From assembly GCA_965248535.1 (NCBI GenBank), contig CBDFJR010000005.1:1664001-1728000 (forward strand): a stretch of DNA of 64,000 nucleotides, written 5' to 3'. The translations under genes were made by a program, and so were the position numbers. Below the pieces are notes generated by a model that saw only the letters and a program-made list of their open reading frames with translations, searched no databases and had not been told where the DNA came from. Below, piece after piece: positions 61,533-64,000 of this stretch (position 1 is the stretch's first letter; every line of letters starts with the position of its first letter). Source of the stretch: Phormidesmis sp. (lineage in GTDB: Bacteria; Cyanobacteriota; Cyanobacteriia; Leptolyngbyales; Leptolyngbyaceae).

Positions 61533-62321
61533 ATGTGCCGTCTTTTAGGCTACCTTGGTTCGCCCATTCAACTCGATCGGCTGCTCTATAAGCCTGAGCA
61601 TTCTCTAGTCGTGCAGAGCTATCAGCCTCGCGAAATGACCGCAGGATTGCTCAACGCCGATGGGTTTGGGGTTGGTTGGTATCATCCTCACCGTCAAACC
61701 GAACCCTTTGTCTATAAAAATACGCTGCCGATCTGGAACGATGTCAACCTGCCCAGCCTGAGCCGATATATCGAGTCAGGCTGCACGCTGGCAACGGTTC
61801 GCAGTGCGACAGCCGGGCTTGCCGTCGATCTGAGCAACTGCCAGCCGTTTCAGCATTCTCACCTGTTAGGAATGCACAATGGCTTTATCGAAAACTTTCG
61901 GCAGACGCTATATCGACCGATCTGCGATCGTCTCAGCGACACCGCCTATCAACTAATCAAAGGCTCGACCGATTCTGAGCATATTTTTGCCCTGTTTGTC
62001 GATGAGCTAATCTCTAATCCTAATCTCAGCTTGGCCCAAGCTTTGCGGCGCACACTCACTATATTGACAGAGCTAGCAGAGAAACATCAAACTTCGTTTT
62101 CAGCCAATCTGATGGTCACCGATGGACATCAAATCGTTGCGTCTCGATTTGCGAGTCATACGCCCGTTCCGACTCTTTATTGGCTGCGAGACGATTTGAC
62201 TCTGCCTGATGCTGTTGTGATTGCCTCTGAGCCTCTATTTTCTGGTGACTGGAATCTATTGCCCGATCGTAGCCTTCTTACCGTTCAAGATGACTTTAAC
62301 CTTCAAGTCCAACCGCTCTAA
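61533..62321 (+). CDS. egtC: Ergothioneine biosynthesis Ntn amidohydrolase EgtC
   Basis: MCRLLGY, NADGFGVGWY, HNG and GSTDSE; clustered with egtB and egtD. Confidence 0.92.
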   Translation: MCRLLGYLGSPIQLDRLLYKPEHSLVVQSYQPREMTAGLLNADGFGVGWYHPHRQTEPFVYKNTLPIWNDVNLPSLSRYIESGCTLATVRSATAGLAVDLSNCQPFQHSHLLGMHNGFIENFRQTLYRPICDRLSDTAYQLIKGSTDSEHIFALFVDELISNPNLSLAQALRRTLTILTELAEKHQTSFSANLMVTDGHQIVASRFASHTPVPTLYWLRDDLTLPDAVVIASEPLFSGDWNLLPDRSLLTVQDDFNLQVQPL

Positions 62322-63583
62322 TCTCATCGATCGCAGACAGCTAATGGCCGACTGGATGCACGACTGCCGCACCGCAACCCTAGCGATTTTCGACGGCATG
62401 GATCAAGAAACGTTTTGCCATCAACCCCATGCTGATTTCAGTCCGGTGGGCTGGCATTTGGGACACATTGCCTACACTGAGGCGCTTTGGCTGCTGCAAC
62501 AGTGTGCTGGCGATCGTCCTTTGTTTCCTCACTATCACCGATTATTTGCTCAAGATGGAATGCCCAAGGGCGATCGCGTCAAGCTGCCTCCCGATCTCAG
62601 ACATTTATGATTATCTCCAAGTCGTCAGAGCCAGAGTTTTTGACTATTTGCAAATCGCACCTCTAGACCAACAAGAACGGCTCTGGCGATGGATTTTGCA
62701 ACACGAGAGTCAACACTGTGAGACGATCGCGCTAATTTTAGAATTACAAAAAAAGAAATCTGAAATCTCGCGTTCTCAATCAAATTTTGAATCTCAAGCT
62801 GCAACGATGGTTTGCATCCCTAGTGGATATTTTGAACAAGGAAACGAATCGCTCGACGCATTGGATAATGAGCGCCCCGTGCATCAAGTTTATTTAGAGA
62901 GTTATTGGATCGATCGCACCCCTGTAACAAACGCAGCCTACCGATCGTTTATCCACTCCAATGGCTATCAAGATCGGCGCTGGTGGTCATCAGAGGGTTG
63001 GCAATGGCTGCAAGCAAACCCGGTGACGCAGCCGCTCTATTGGCGAGACGATCCGGACTATGCTCATCATCCCGTCTGCGGAGTCAGCTACTACGAAGCC
63101 GAAGCCTATGCTCAATTTGTCGGACAGCGCCTGCCCACCGAGTCAGAATGGGAAAAAGCCGCCAGTTGGAACCCGATCGCTCACACCCGATCGCGCTATA
63201 GCTGGGGAAATCAGTTTCCCGATGCGACTCGCTGCAACTATGGTCATGGGCGAGGAACAACGACACCCGTCGATCGCTACGCTGCCAATCTTGCAGGCTG
63301 CTACGACCTGATCGGCAACGTTTGGGAATGGACGGCAACTTGGTTCGATCGCTATGCCGGGTTTGAGAGCTATCCTTACCCAGGCTATTCTCAGGTCTAT
63401 TTTGATGGAGAACATCGAGTGCTCAAGGGCGGCAGTTGGGCCACTCGTCCCTGGGCGATGCGGTGTGCCTTCCGCAACTGGTATCACCCTCACATGAGGC
63501 AAATGCTGTCGGGGTTTCGCTGTGTGAGCGATGTTGAGCCACCCGTCTCAACGGCTACTGTCGTTAAAGATTCTGTCTTGTGA
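62290..63583 (+). CDS. egtB: EgtB-like sulfoxide synthase, frameshifted (+1) near 62590
   Basis: DinB-like WHLGH in one frame; HESQHCE and FGE-sulfatase GNVWEW in the next; joins as KLPP|ISDIYDYL. Confidence 0.85.
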
Positions 63584-63655
63584 GAGAGTTACAGAGTTTG
63601 ATTGAGCAAGCGTTAATCAAAAGCGGAAACGTGCGAGGAAATTAGGGAAAGAGCT

Positions 63656-64000
63656 ATGTCAACGTTTCAATCCACCGGGCAGAAAGTTTCTGCCCACCAA
63701 CCTAAGCAGCTAATCTATTCGTCAGAAGGGCGGTTGCAGATCGAGCATCTGATCAATCCTGCTCAACCTTCAGACGAAGAACTGCATCCCGGAAATGATG
63801 TCGTTAGGGGCTTGAGTCAGCAGCCCAAGACGCTGCCACCGCGATATTTTTATGACGATCGTGGCTCTCAACTGTTTGAGCAAATTTGCGATCTGCCAGA
63901 CTATTATCTGACGCGCACCGAAACTGAGATTTTGCAGGCGTGCGCCCCGACGATCGCTGAGATCACCGGCCCTTGCGAGCTAATAGAATTGGGAAGCGGT
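63656..64000 (+). CDS. egtD: L-histidine N-alpha-methyltransferase EgtD (runs off the window)
   Basis: Hand translation ...[44 protein letters not shown]. Confidence 0.92.
   Translation, partial: MSTFQSTGQKVSAHQPKQLIYSSEGRLQIEHLINPAQPSDEELHPGNDVVRGLSQQPKTLPPRYFYDDRGSQLFEQICDLPDYYLTRTETEILQACAPTIAEITGPCELIELGSG

Noticed and set aside
1..64000. High density of GCGATCGC and many short antisense ORFs
   Set aside because: HIP1 is a known genome-wide cyanobacterial feature, and the shadow ORFs are by-products of real genes on the other strand.

Overview
This is a chromosomal window from a cyanobacterium, judged from the very frequent HIP1 octamer GCGATCGC and from kaiABC, ado/aar, rimO-crhR, an hli gene and pirA. 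A Leptolyngbya/Phormidesmis-like host is my inference. Most of the window is housekeeping: asnS, purE, moeB plus a JAB peptidase, egtC-egtB-egtD, efflux genes and two-component genes. The most unusual part is 26.6-36.4 kb. It contains (i) a 6S-RNA-like structured element followed by a perfect RBS-occluding hairpin and an unknown gene; (ii) an integron-like cassette array with no integrase in the window, whose attC-like sites show the R''/R' complementarity expected of cassettes, plus a 42-bp-period repeat at the array head and a shared non-coding trailer; (iii) inside one cassette, an Rpn nuclease gene with an internal GGAGG-ATG start, flanked by a 9-bp direct repeat; (iv) an orphan helicase-associated protein pair; (v) a wHTH-HATPase-STAS gene with a triple direct-repeat operator. 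An internally deleted IS200/IS605 (TnpB-type) element separates kaiB from kaiC. Three +1 frameshifts (two in an emrA-like gene, one in egtB) may be assembly errors. I saw no CRISPR array, tRNA or rRNA. Family names are from motif recognition, not database searches.
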